A stretch of DNA of 64,000 nucleotides from an uncultured Gammaproteobacteria bacterium (GTDB taxonomy: Bacteria > Patescibacteriota > Patescibacteriia > Magasanikbacterales > GWA2-37-8), in NCBI GenBank assembly GCA_964510495.1, contig CAZECR010000003.1, positions 550 through 64,549 of the forward strand, in the 5' to 3' direction. Below the pieces are notes generated by a model that was not told the DNA's origin, did no database searches, and worked only from the letters and a program-made list of their open reading frames with translations. Both the position numbers and the translations under genes were made by a program. How positions within the stretch are numbered: the stretch's first letter is position 1; each line of letters starts with the position of its first letter. Positions 44,465 through 53,892 of the stretch are shown piece after piece.

Positions 44465-45151
44465 ATGTCCGGAGCCACAGCTTCTTCCACAACCCATGAT
44501 TTCGTTCCTGCGCCTGATCGGGTAGGACGAAAGCTGCGAATCGGCATGTCTTTGCAAGAGTGGCTTCAGGAAGAAGAAGCCGAACTTCAGCAGCAGATCG
44601 TCGATCTGCGTCTCAAAGTCGAGCAGGCTCAGCGTGAGCTGGGAGCTGCTCGCGCAGAAAATGCCGCGCTCAGTGTTCGTGCCGTAGCCACCACCACTGC
44701 CCTCGCCCAGACAAAACAGCGCCAGGAAAGGCTCGTCAGCGAGCTCGTAGTGTTGCGGCAGCGTGCTAGCCGTACGGCCAAGGAGCATACCCAGGTCCTC
44801 CTGCGCGAGCTCGATGAGACAGCACGTCTCAGGAGCCAGCTGCGGGGTGCGCGTTCCGCCACCCTCACCTGGGCGCTCTTCACCCTGCTCGTCACTGCGC
44901 TCGGGGCGCTCGGTTTCTTCGGTGTTTATCAGCCGCTTCTTGCAGACAGAGCGGGGTTACGCCGCGAACTCACCGCTACCCAAAACAAGGAGGCGCTCGC
45001 CACCGCCAATCAGGCAGTGGATCAGGGCGCTATCGCACGCCTGCAGCTCGAGAACGCCGGTCTCCGAAGTGTCATCGATCGAGCAGCGCAGCAGCAGCCC
45101 ACGCCCGTAGCGTGCGTCAAGAAGGCCAAGAAGAATCGGAAGCGGCGCTAG
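44465..45151 (+). CDS. G+C-rich coiled-coil protein with a C-terminal TM helix and a basic tail
   Basis: GGGGAGG RBS followed by ATG 44465. Heptad-like EAELQQQIVDLRLKVEQAQRELGAARAENAAL. TM helix LTWALFTLLVTALGALGFFGVY. Confidence 0.5.
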   Translation: MSGATASSTTHDFVPAPDRVGRKLRIGMSLQEWLQEEEAELQQQIVDLRLKVEQAQRELGAARAENAALSVRAVATTTALAQTKQRQERLVSELVVLRQRASRTAKEHTQVLLRELDETARLRSQLRGARSATLTWALFTLLVTALGALGFFGVYQPLLADRAGLRRELTATQNKEALATANQAVDQGAIARLQLENAGLRSVIDRAAQQQPTPVACVKKAKKNRKRR

Positions 45152-45226
45152 CGCCCTCTGCACGACGGCCGTACTTACATCATCCCACCAGAGCCAAGAG
45201 AAAAACTTTTGGTTCGGCTCGGGTCA

Positions 45227-45288
45227 CTCTCCAGTAGATCCAAGCTTTTACTACTTTTAGCAAGGTGGTAAAAGTTTCTACTGGAGAG
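45227..45288. repeat. Long imperfect hairpin: ctctccagtag...ctactggagag, with inner arms cttttactac/gtggtaaaag
   Basis: Inverted repeats read from the sequence, at the right edge of the G+C-rich islet. Confidence 0.4.
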
Positions 45289-45294
45289 TTGAAA

Positions 45295-45329
45295 TAAAAA
45301 ATCCATGTACAAAGTGCATGGATTTTTTT
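45295..45329. terminator. Bidirectional terminator aaaatccatgtac-aaa-gtgcatggatttt between convergent genes
   Basis: 9-10 bp stem flanked by an A-run and a T-run. Confidence 0.65.
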
Positions 45330-45348
45330 ATAGTGAAAATGAAATTCT

Positions 45349-47091
45349 TTAAGGTTGTACTACCTTTGATCCTGAATTTGACCCACGGTCATTGGTTCGA
45401 AGGACGTTGGTGATAGGGCCGGCGTTTAAACTAAAATCTTTACTGACGACGGCGTCACTACCTGAGAAGGAAATGTTTTTAACAAGTGTGATATTTTTTC
45501 CAGTCATTGTGTTGTTTGGTATCGCCTCAACTTCAAAGTACCAGCCTGTTTTTGTACCGGGAGGAATTTCGCGCATCTCCCAGGTAAGTGTCTGTCCATT
45601 TCCAGCGAGCGGAGAACCAAGCGTAACACTTTGCTTTCCGGTGAAAGTTATGCCGCTCGGTAGGCTTATTGTTAATTTGTTATCTTCAACTGAATTAATG
45701 GTGTTGAATAACTCTACGAAAATCCAGTATTTTGTACTTTCACCAACTTCAGGCGGGAGAGGACCTCTGCCCAGCTGGTCGCCCTCAGGAGTAAAGTATC
45801 TGGTCTGAGTGGTAAGCGTTAGATCGGTAGCGAGTGGTAATGAAATAGCTGTGCCGTTCGTAGAAAATTGTTGGTCAGTAAGACCGGTAGTGCCGCCTTC
45901 AATCACCGGTGTAATGACTAGGCGTGGCGCACTTTTAGCCGCAGAAAAATTCGGTAAAATGTAGAAAAGTATATTCAGTGTATCTCCTGTTCCCGGTGCA
46001 GCAGTGGCAAGCGGGGTTCTGCGATTGCTGTTAATAATAAGTGAGCCGTTTTCAATTGTAAGTTGGTTTTCGCGCGCTGTTTTAGTAAGATCTACGATCC
46101 CGGCTGTAGGAGTGATCTTAATGCGTAATTGACTAAGGGTAAAGGAGGAAGTGTTTTTCCAACTAATCTCAGTAGGAATTTCTTGGCCCGGTTCAATATA
46201 GGGAAGCTGTTTCAATACTTTGATTTCAGAGGAAACGCTTGGAACAAAAACCGTCAAGGTTCTTTCTTCGCTTGATTGTATAATCGGTTGATTGTTGGCA
46301 ATTATTTTTGAACGGATTGTTATCTTGTAATCACCGGCTGTAGCGGGTGCCTGGAGTGTACCGGTAACGGTTTTTGTTTCTCCTGGTGCGAGCATGATAT
46401 TTTTATTTCCTGCTTCGCTAATGAGTGGAGTAGTCCAGGTGTCTTCTAAACTGATTCCGTTGACTGGAGCGGCTCCGGTATTTTTAATGGTGTAGGTAAA
46501 GGGTAATTGTTGTCCGGCAAATGTCGTTGTAGCAATTGTTAATGTGTCTTCGAAAATGCTATCTGGCAGCGTTACAAAAAATGAAGCAAATTTTTGTTCC
46601 GTCGAGCTACCTTTCTCTGTTTGGTAGGAAAGGGTAGCGAGAATTCGTTCATCACTTTTTGGTTCGGCAAAGAGTATGCCATAAATATCTGCCTGACCTT
46701 TGGCACCGGGTTTGATGTCTTGAAGGGCAAGAATTGAGTCTGTGGAAAAAATATTCTCAGGAGTTTTTGTGCGGTCAACAATAAAGCCGTCAGGTAAATG
46801 CACGGCTAAGTTTGGGTGCGTCAGAGCAAACTTGCTGCGGTTGGTATAACTCACACTCAGGCGTACCGGTTCACCACTTTTAATACGCGTGTCTCCTAGG
46901 CTAATTTTTAAATCAATTAACTCAGTAATGCCTGGCTTCCAGAAGAAAAAGAAGAGACTGCTGCCGAGCATGACTACTGCAGTAAACAAAAGAAATAGGT
47001 CAAAGATAAATAATTTTTTAGGATTTTTGTACACCCCATGATAATGGTGGTGGTAATGTTTATGAAAAAATTTGTAAATAAATTTAAACAT
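45349..47091 (-). CDS. N-terminally anchored surface protein with tandem DUF11/CARDB-like beta-sandwich repeats
   Basis: His/Tyr-rich N-tail, TM helix, then repeated segments such as TYTIKNTGAAPVNGISLEDTW. Confidence 0.6.
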   Translation of the reverse strand: MFKFIYKFFHKHYHHHYHGVYKNPKKLFIFDLFLLFTAVVMLGSSLFFFFWKPGITELIDLKISLGDTRIKSGEPVRLSVSYTNRSKFALTHPNLAVHLPDGFIVDRTKTPENIFSTDSILALQDIKPGAKGQADIYGILFAEPKSDERILATLSYQTEKGSSTEQKFASFFVTLPDSIFEDTLTIATTTFAGQQLPFTYTIKNTGAAPVNGISLEDTWTTPLISEAGNKNIMLAPGETKTVTGTLQAPATAGDYKITIRSKIIANNQPIIQSSEERTLTVFVPSVSSEIKVLKQLPYIEPGQEIPTEISWKNTSSFTLSQLRIKITPTAGIVDLTKTARENQLTIENGSLIINSNRRTPLATAAPGTGDTLNILFYILPNFSAAKSAPRLVITPVIEGGTTGLTDQQFSTNGTAISLPLATDLTLTTQTRYFTPEGDQLGRGPLPPEVGESTKYWIFVELFNTINSVEDNKLTISLPSGITFTGKQSVTLGSPLAGNGQTLTWEMREIPPGTKTGWYFEVEAIPNNTMTGKNITLVKNISFSGSDAVVSKDFSLNAGPITNVLRTNDRGSNSGSKVVQP

Positions 47092-47210
47092 ACCTAAAGA
47101 TTTGAGAGCGTACTCGTCTGCTTAGAACAGACAAAAGTTGGCTCTAGTATAGTCTTAAAAACCTCATTTTGTCAAACAAAAAACCTTCAGGTGTTGAAGG
47201 CTTTTGTTTG

Positions 47211-47588
47211 CTATTTTTCTGTTTCAGAAGAGTCCTGGGCATCTGGTAGAGGCGGGGGAGCAGGTATTGTGCCAGCGCCTTCTTGACCCGTTTTAGCCAC
47301 TGATTTAGGATTAGGTGAGAAAAGCGGGTTCTTTATTTTCCACCTGTCTACAAATTGCCCAATTCCTTTTTTAGCCAGTTTATTTTGAATAGTAATATGC
47401 CGCTGAGACCATTTTACAAGGTTTTCAAAGTTAAGTTTGTAACGTCCGCCTACAACAACATAGGTTATTTCCTGGGCTTTGATAGCGCGACGAATTGTTT
47501 GGGTATTAACTCCAAAAAGCCTGGCGGCTTCAGAAATTGAAACGCGGATCATTTCTTTTGATTCCAAGGGCTTTGCCGGAGGATTCAT
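47211..47588 (-). CDS. Excisionase-family/MerR-like helix-turn-helix DNA-binding protein
   Basis: IRVSISEAARLFGVNTQTIRRAIKAQEITYVVVGGRYKLNFENLVKW matches the excisionase-family HTH. Pro-rich acidic C-tail. Confidence 0.7.
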   Translation of the reverse strand: MNPPAKPLESKEMIRVSISEAARLFGVNTQTIRRAIKAQEITYVVVGGRYKLNFENLVKWSQRHITIQNKLAKKGIGQFVDRWKIKNPLFSPNPKSVAKTGQEGAGTIPAPPPLPDAQDSSETEK

Positions 47589-47617
47589 ATAGTGTTTGTG
47601 TATATTAGTCTAGACAA

Positions 47618-47646
47618 ATACTAACATATAATCAGTTGTTTGTCAA
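47618..47646 (-). promoter_or_regulatory. Sigma70-type promoter TTGACA-17-TAGTAT (minus strand) for the HTH gene
   Basis: Reverse complement of 47618-47646. Confidence 0.5.
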
Positions 47647-47677
47647 TGTCCAAGTCTCGGTTCTATTCGGAGTATTT

Positions 47678-47713
47678 ACCTTATTTGTATACACTAGTGT
47701 ATACAAATAAGGT
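47678..47713. promoter_or_regulatory. 36-bp perfect palindrome accttatttgtatacactagtgtatacaaataaggt. Further TTGTATAC/GTATACAA half-sites lie at 47747-47790.
   Basis: Exact self-complementarity verified by eye. Lies between divergent HTH and ECF-sigma genes. Confidence 0.6.
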
Positions 47714-47863
47714 AAGAAGCTTTATAAAATAAGGTTTTTTGTATACGTATTGTTTGTATATACTATTCTATACAAATATGATTTTAGGTCAGGTTTACTG
47801 TTAAGGAACACGGCAAATGCCCTTTTAAATTTTTTTACTAGGTAGAATATTGGGCTAGTTTAT

Positions 47864-47892
47864 TTGACGTTAAGGCGTTTTTTTGCTAGTAT
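47864..47892 (+). promoter_or_regulatory. Sigma70-type promoter TTGACG-17-TAGTAT upstream of the ECF sigma gene
   Basis: Read from the sequence. Confidence 0.45.
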
Positions 47893-48013
47893 TTACCTTA
47901 GTACGGTCGTTGTTTATCTCTCAAAAATCAATGTCTTTTACAGGCATGTCAAACAGTATATACTATAAGAATGTTTCAAGTGTAACATTTTTTTATTTTT
48001 TCCGTCTTCATTA

Positions 48014-48550
48014 ATGAACAAGATATCCGAGAAGCTACTCCTCTATCGTATCCAAGCCAAACATAACCCCGAAGCGTTTGGTGAACTATACGATGCCTAC
48101 GTAAAACAAATCTACCGTTTTGTTTATTTTAAAGTTAGCTCTCGCGAAGAAGCCGAAGATGTCACTGCCGATGTTTTTTTAAAAACGTGGAACTATCTCC
48201 GCGAAAATAAAGAAGTTAAAAGTTTTAGTGGACTTTTGTACCGTGTTGCAAGAACTGCCATTATAGATGTATATCGGAGTCGTGCAAAAGAGCCCCAGCT
48301 CATGAACGACGAAATGGATGTAACCGATGGGGGAGCGTGGTACAAAAAATTAGAAATAAAAATTGAAAATGAAAAATTGATTCAGGCTTTAAAAAAGTTA
48401 AAGCAGGAGTATCAAGAAATAATTATCCTAAGGTTTGTTGATGAACTTGAGCTGGATGAAATTGCAGAGATTATGGGCAAGGGTTCAGTCGCTGTTCGGG
48501 TGACCTTGCACCGAGCACTTAAAAAATTAAAAGAAATTGCGAAGCAATAA
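48014..48550 (+). CDS. RNA polymerase sigma factor, ECF (sigma-70 regions 2 and 4)
   Basis: Region 2 segment YDAYVKQIYRFVYFKV...DVFLKTWNYL and region 4 HTH EIAEIMGKGSVAVRVTLHRALKKLKE. Confidence 0.8.
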   Translation: MNKISEKLLLYRIQAKHNPEAFGELYDAYVKQIYRFVYFKVSSREEAEDVTADVFLKTWNYLRENKEVKSFSGLLYRVARTAIIDVYRSRAKEPQLMNDEMDVTDGGAWYKKLEIKIENEKLIQALKKLKQEYQEIIILRFVDELELDEIAEIMGKGSVAVRVTLHRALKKLKEIAKQ

Positions 48551-48556
48551 AAAAGT

Positions 48557-49921
48557 ATGGATAGTAATTTGGTACGACAACTTAAAAAAATTAAGCATGC
48601 GGATATCAACCCGCGTGAAGAATGGGTCAAAAATAATCGCGCCCTTCTTTTGTCGCAGGTAAAAAATACCGTACCCGTTATTACCGAGCAAACCGCTGCC
48701 GCACGCCTTGAACGAGTTTGGTCAGGAATGGCCATTTTCTTCCCACGTAGTTTTGTTTACAATTTTGTCCGTCCCGTTGCATTGGTTGTCCTGGTAGCCG
48801 TTGTCGCTACCAGCAGTTATGCCTTTAGCGCAAACGCCTCAAATGACGCCCTCCCAGGTGATCAGGTACTCTACCCAGTAAAGCGCGCTTTTGAAGCTGT
48901 TGAAAAAACGAAAGTCGCTTGGGTTGGTACCAATAATGATCAGGCAAGGCTTAGTCTCGAACTCGCGAGTCGTCGCGCCGAAGAAGCCAAACAGATTGTC
49001 AACGACCCGGACAAAAAATCTCATATTTCTGAAACAGTCTCTGATCTTAAAGACGAGCTTCAAAATGTTAATAAAAATTTAGAAACGATCAAGAACGCAT
49101 CGGATCAAACACTTTCTTCTCAAGTAGTGACAACTATTAAAGAAAATACTGACAGCATCAAAGATGCGCTCCAAGAAGTAAAAGATAATTTACAAACAAG
49201 CTCGACCACAGCAGACAGTGACCTGAGCCAAGAAATAAGCATTGCTAAAGACTTGGTTAAAGATACGGGCGTTAAAACAGTAGAGGTAGTAGTTGCCAAA
49301 CATCTCGCCGACGATCATAGTATATCTAAAGAGGACGTGAGCAGTATTATCACCACCGCACTCGATACCGCAGCAACTGATATCGGCGGGTCTAAGGTGC
49401 ACGTCGACGGCGTAAAGAATATCGTGGATGTCGTAAAGACCGAGGTTAAGGACTTAACAACTGGCGCTAACAGTAAGTCTGCTGGAGCGCTCGCTACTAC
49501 AACACTGGCCTTTAATACGACCATTACCAACGTAGCGGCTGAGACTAAAGATGCTGCTACCAAAACGAATGCAGTTTCCGAGCAGGTTGGTAAGACAATT
49601 TTCGAAGCCAAAGCACTGATTGCAACCGGGGACCTTTCTAAAGCGATCGAGGCGATTAAACAAGTAACCGAAGCGAGCAAGGAAGCTGAAAAAATTTCTG
49701 ACACTACTCTTGCTAAAGTAAAAACAGTCTTGCCGATAGTACAGGTAATTAAGGATCAAAATGACGCTTCGCTCTTGGCGCCTACAGGCACAGTAATGAT
49801 AGTGGTAACAACTACCCCCGACCAAAAACCAATTGTAGTTATGGTATCGGGAACAACTTCAACTGTAGTTAAAGCAACGAGTACGACTGCGGTAACAACG
49901 ACGAGCTCATCCCTTAAATAA
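48557..49921 (+). CDS. Putative anti-sigma factor: cytoplasmic N-domain, one TM helix, extracytoplasmic DUF5667-like helical domain, T-rich C-tail
   Basis: Overlapping/adjacent to the ECF sigma gene. TM helix VALVVLVAVVATSSYAF. The LYPVKRAFEAVE region is typical of DUF5667. Confidence 0.6.
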   Translation: MDSNLVRQLKKIKHADINPREEWVKNNRALLLSQVKNTVPVITEQTAAARLERVWSGMAIFFPRSFVYNFVRPVALVVLVAVVATSSYAFSANASNDALPGDQVLYPVKRAFEAVEKTKVAWVGTNNDQARLSLELASRRAEEAKQIVNDPDKKSHISETVSDLKDELQNVNKNLETIKNASDQTLSSQVVTTIKENTDSIKDALQEVKDNLQTSSTTADSDLSQEISIAKDLVKDTGVKTVEVVVAKHLADDHSISKEDVSSIITTALDTAATDIGGSKVHVDGVKNIVDVVKTEVKDLTTGANSKSAGALATTTLAFNTTITNVAAETKDAATKTNAVSEQVGKTIFEAKALIATGDLSKAIEAIKQVTEASKEAEKISDTTLAKVKTVLPIVQVIKDQNDASLLAPTGTVMIVVTTTPDQKPIVVMVSGTTSTVVKATSTTAVTTTSSSLK

Positions 49922-50101
49922 ACCATGCTATTTTCTTCTCCTACTTTCTGTCAGTTAGGCTGGCTGAAAGAATGGGGGAGAGAATAGGTTTTAAAAAAGA
50001 TCAGTCTAAGGTCGAAGGCCCATACGGGTTTGCCTGATCATTGTATTCCCGCTCTATAGATATCAAAGATACCTATATCGGGAGAACCTTAGTTCATTTG
50101 A

Positions 50102-50117
50102 CGCTGCTTCGGCAGCG
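50102..50117 (+). other. UUCG-tetraloop hairpin (cgctgc-ttcg-gcagcg) in the 226-nt leader of the putative S-layer gene
   Basis: Read from the sequence, 30 nt upstream of the ATG. Confidence 0.4.
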
Positions 50118-50148
50118 CGCAGATGGGTAAGGAATTAAATTATTTATT

Positions 50149-53100
50149 ATGAACGATGTAAAAAAACTTGGAACCAAGATTTTGAACGTCGTCGTTTCTC
50201 TTGCTGTGACCGTAGTTTTCTCCGGTCTCAACGCTGCACTCTTACCGCTCGCCGCTCAGGCAGCTGTTTGCCCAGCTTTGAATGCAGGTGACATGCTTAA
50301 AGTAACTGGTAAACCAGCTATCTACGCTGTCAACAACGACCTCAAAGTCCTTTATTTCCCAAATGGTGACGTATTCAAGAGCTGGAGACCAACCTACGGT
50401 GGATATGTTTCCATCACTCAGGAATGTTTCGACTCTTTGTCCGTACCAAGCACATACCCAGGTGCAGTTAACTACCAACCTGGATCATATGTCGTGAAGC
50501 GCCCTTCTTCCGACCAACTCTACGTAGTTGAACCGGGCAATACTTTGGCAAAAATCACAGCTGATGCTGCAAAAGCTCTCTACGGCACTAACTACAAAGT
50601 TATGGTCGTTGACGATGCTTTCTGGCCACATTACACCCAGCGCGGTGCAGACGTAACTGAAGCTAAAGTACACCCAGGTATGCTCGTCTCAAACGGCGGC
50701 AAAACTTGGTATGTCAACAAAGATGGCAAGTTACAAGAAGTAACTTCCACTGGTATGACAGCTAACGGTTTCCAGACCAAGTTTGTCCACGCTGTCTCTG
50801 ACAGTGCGGTTGCTGGTCTTATGACCGATGTAGCAATCACTGCTGAAGTCAAAGCCCTCACGGACAAGACTCAGAGTGGTGGCGTTGTTGGCAACCCAAC
50901 TCCAGCTAACGGAAGCCTCTCGGTTTCTTTGGCTAGCGACAACCCATTTGCAACAACAATCGTTTCTGATACCACCAATGGTGCTCAGGGACAAATCCCA
51001 ATGTTGAAATTGAACTTCGCTGCCGGCAACGACGGCGATGTAAAAGTTACTTCTGTCCAATTCAAGAGAACAGGTATTTCTGCTGACACTGATGTCCAGA
51101 ATCTCTACCTCTATGACGATATGGGCACGAAAGTAGGTTCAAACCCAAGCATTTCTAATGGTTTGGTAACCTTTACCAACTCTTCCGGTCTTTTCACCGT
51201 AAGCCGCGGTACTGTTAAACCAATCTGGGTAAAGATGGATCTTAAGACCGCAGTTTCTGCTGGTAAGACGATCGGATTCTCAATCCAGGCTGCTTCTTCA
51301 ATTATCACTACCTCTGGTACTGTTAGTGGAAGCTTCCCATTGTCCAGCAACATGTTCACCACAGCTTCGGTAACGGATCTTGGTAAACTCGTTTTGACCA
51401 GTGTTACTCCTGCAGCTAACGCTACAGTAGATCCTGGTACAACTGGATATGAAATCTGGAGACTCCAGGCACAAAACACTTCTCAGGATACTGAAATTCG
51501 TCGTTTAGTCTTCACTATCGTTGGCTCTGTTAACGTTGGTGACCTCATGAATTTCTCTCTCTGGGATGGTGCAACTCAGATCGGCAGCACTGTTGCTGAT
51601 ATGAACTCAGACAAAACAGTTGTATTCGACTGGTCTGCTGCTCCATATGTTATTACCAAAGGACAAACCAAGACTTTGAGCCTTAAGACTGATGTAGTTG
51701 CTGGTACAAACCGTACTTTCCGCGCTACTATTCAGAACAGCTCTGACTTTGTTGTCTACGATCGTGGATACAATGTCTTCTTGAAAGCCAATGGTACTGA
51801 CAGCTTCAATATCATTGAACCAAACAATGCTGGTACTGCAGTTAACTACAGTGTAAACACTGGTTCTTTAACTCAGACACTCGCATCAGATTCTCCAACT
51901 GGTAACATTGCTGATGGCGCTACTAACGTAACCCTCGGTAAATGGAACTATAAAGCTAATGGTGAAGCTGTTAAGATCAATAGTCTTAGCGTTTCTTCAA
52001 CCCTCAGTGTTACAACTGACAAATTAGCTAACGTTCGTTTGCTTGTTAACGGTTCACAGGTTGGTACCACTATCACGTCTTTGACTGGTAATGGCGTAGC
52101 AAACACTGGATTCGGTACTTTTGGAAGCAGCTTTATTATCCCAGCTGGCTCTTCTAGTACTATTACCGTTGTTGCTGATACTACAGATACAACCATCGCT
52201 GCTAACGACACTGTCGTTGTTGGTTTAGTTGGTACAACAAGTAATGCTCAGGGAACTGTTTCCTTAAGCTCACTTACAACTGTTAGTCAGAATGCTAACA
52301 CCTTAACAGTAAAAGCAGGTACAGTTACTGTTACTGCTGACGCTTCATTTGGTAACAAATCTGCTACCAATCCAAACGGCACAGTAAACGCTACTCAGGC
52401 TAAAGTCGGTTCTTTCATCATTACCGCTGGTGCCGGAGAAGACGTTGATGTTTCTCAGATCACTTTGACTGAAACAGCAGCTAACTGTATTGGTGATTAC
52501 ATGCAGAATTTGACCCTTAAGGATTCAACTGGCAAACAACTTGGCCAGACCTATGCAAATCCTAACCCAAATCCATGTACAACCGCTAACACCTATACCT
52601 TCAACATCACTCCAGCTGTTCGTATCGTGAACGGTGCACAGTATGCTGTTGGTATCTATGCTGACCTCAAAGCTACTTACACTTCTGCCTCACCTCTCTT
52701 CAAGGTTAGTGCAGTAACTGCTAACGGCGTTAAGACCGGTACAAGTGCAAGTTTCTCTGGTAGTGTTTCACTCCAGAACAACTACATCTCTACTGCTGGT
52801 AATTTCACCGTAGCAACAGACTCTGACACTCCAGTTACCACCAACTACTTGATGGGTGCAACTGGTCAGCTTCTTGGTAAGTTCAACATCACTTCTAGCT
52901 CGACTGAGCCGATTAACGTCACTCAGTTGGTTGTAAGTAACCGTTCTAGCTCAGGTGCTACCGGTACACTTCGCAACATCAAACTTATTGACAACGACAA
53001 CGGCCAACAGATTGGTACGACCGTTTCATCGTTTGATACAACAAACAGTGCTGCGACATTCTCACACGCTGTCTTCAGTAACCTTAACTTTGTAGTACCG

Positions 53101-53847
53101 AAAGGCGCTTCAAAAGTTATCCAAGTTGTCGCTGATATCGTTTCCTACGATGACAGTGGTTTCACTACAACTGGCCAGACTTCCAACCTTGCTATCTTAG
53201 AGCAATATACTGGCGCTTCGTATAGTGTTACTGCAACTGGTGCCTCTTCTGGTACTGTTGTAACTCCTGCTGTTCTTGCTAGTGGTGTAAGTGTAAGTGG
53301 TGTAAGCACAGATGTTGCCTACGCTGCTACAAGTACCTTCTACCGTGCTAAGCTTACTACTGCTTGGTCTTCTGACGCTCCATCCGGTGCATCATCGGGT
53401 TCTGCTTCTCAGACTATCGCCAAGTTTGTTGTTACAAACTTAGCTAACGCTGGTAACTACACAGCTACTGTTAAATATATTAACTTCGAATTGTCCACAA
53501 CTCTTTCACAGGCTGGTGGATCAACTCGTGCGTTAACTGTTTACAAGGACACACTTAGCACTACTGCGCTTGCTACTACCAGCTTTGGTAACTCAACCGG
53601 TAATGCTTTGGCTGCAGGTACTACATATACCACTGCCATCCCTGATGCTAACTTCACTGATGTTAGTATCTCCTCTGGTTCTTCGAAGACTTTCTTCGTA
53701 ACCTTGGATACCAGCGATGGTGCACAGTCCAAGTCCCTCTCGATCCGCATCCCAACGGGTGGTATCGTTTGGTCTGATGGTGTTACTGACACCATTACCG
53801 CCATGGGCCTTGACTTGCCATTGCAGTACAAGACCTTCACCTACTAA
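50149..53847 (+). CDS. Large (1232 aa) secreted beta-rich protein, putative S-layer/major surface protein
   Basis: Signal peptide. Composition dominated by T/S/G/V/N/A with very few charged residues. Conspicuous codon bias (GGT, ACT, GTT, GCT, AAC, TTC) unlike neighbouring genes. Strong terminator downstream. Confidence 0.65.
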   Translation: MNDVKKLGTKILNVVVSLAVTVVFSGLNAALLPLAAQAAVCPALNAGDMLKVTGKPAIYAVNNDLKVLYFPNGDVFKSWRPTYGGYVSITQECFDSLSVPSTYPGAVNYQPGSYVVKRPSSDQLYVVEPGNTLAKITADAAKALYGTNYKVMVVDDAFWPHYTQRGADVTEAKVHPGMLVSNGGKTWYVNKDGKLQEVTSTGMTANGFQTKFVHAVSDSAVAGLMTDVAITAEVKALTDKTQSGGVVGNPTPANGSLSVSLASDNPFATTIVSDTTNGAQGQIPMLKLNFAAGNDGDVKVTSVQFKRTGISADTDVQNLYLYDDMGTKVGSNPSISNGLVTFTNSSGLFTVSRGTVKPIWVKMDLKTAVSAGKTIGFSIQAASSIITTSGTVSGSFPLSSNMFTTASVTDLGKLVLTSVTPAANATVDPGTTGYEIWRLQAQNTSQDTEIRRLVFTIVGSVNVGDLMNFSLWDGATQIGSTVADMNSDKTVVFDWSAAPYVITKGQTKTLSLKTDVVAGTNRTFRATIQNSSDFVVYDRGYNVFLKANGTDSFNIIEPNNAGTAVNYSVNTGSLTQTLASDSPTGNIADGATNVTLGKWNYKANGEAVKINSLSVSSTLSVTTDKLANVRLLVNGSQVGTTITSLTGNGVANTGFGTFGSSFIIPAGSSSTITVVADTTDTTIAANDTVVVGLVGTTSNAQGTVSLSSLTTVSQNANTLTVKAGTVTVTADASFGNKSATNPNGTVNATQAKVGSFIITAGAGEDVDVSQITLTETAANCIGDYMQNLTLKDSTGKQLGQTYANPNPNPCTTANTYTFNITPAVRIVNGAQYAVGIYADLKATYTSASPLFKVSAVTANGVKTGTSASFSGSVSLQNNYISTAGNFTVATDSDTPVTTNYLMGATGQLLGKFNITSSSTEPINVTQLVVSNRSSSGATGTLRNIKLIDNDNGQQIGTTVSSFDTTNSAATFSHAVFSNLNFVVPKGASKVIQVVADIVSYDDSGFTTTGQTSNLAILEQYTGASYSVTATGASSGTVVTPAVLASGVSVSGVSTDVAYAATSTFYRAKLTTAWSSDAPSGASSGSASQTIAKFVVTNLANAGNYTATVKYINFELSTTLSQAGGSTRALTVYKDTLSTTALATTSFGNSTGNALAAGTTYTTAIPDANFTDVSISSGSSKTFFVTLDTSDGAQSKSLSIRIPTGGIVWSDGVTDTITAMGLDLPLQYKTFTY

Positions 53848-53892
53848 TCGAGTTTAAGGGTAGCAAAAACCCTAGCACAATTCCCCCGGGCC

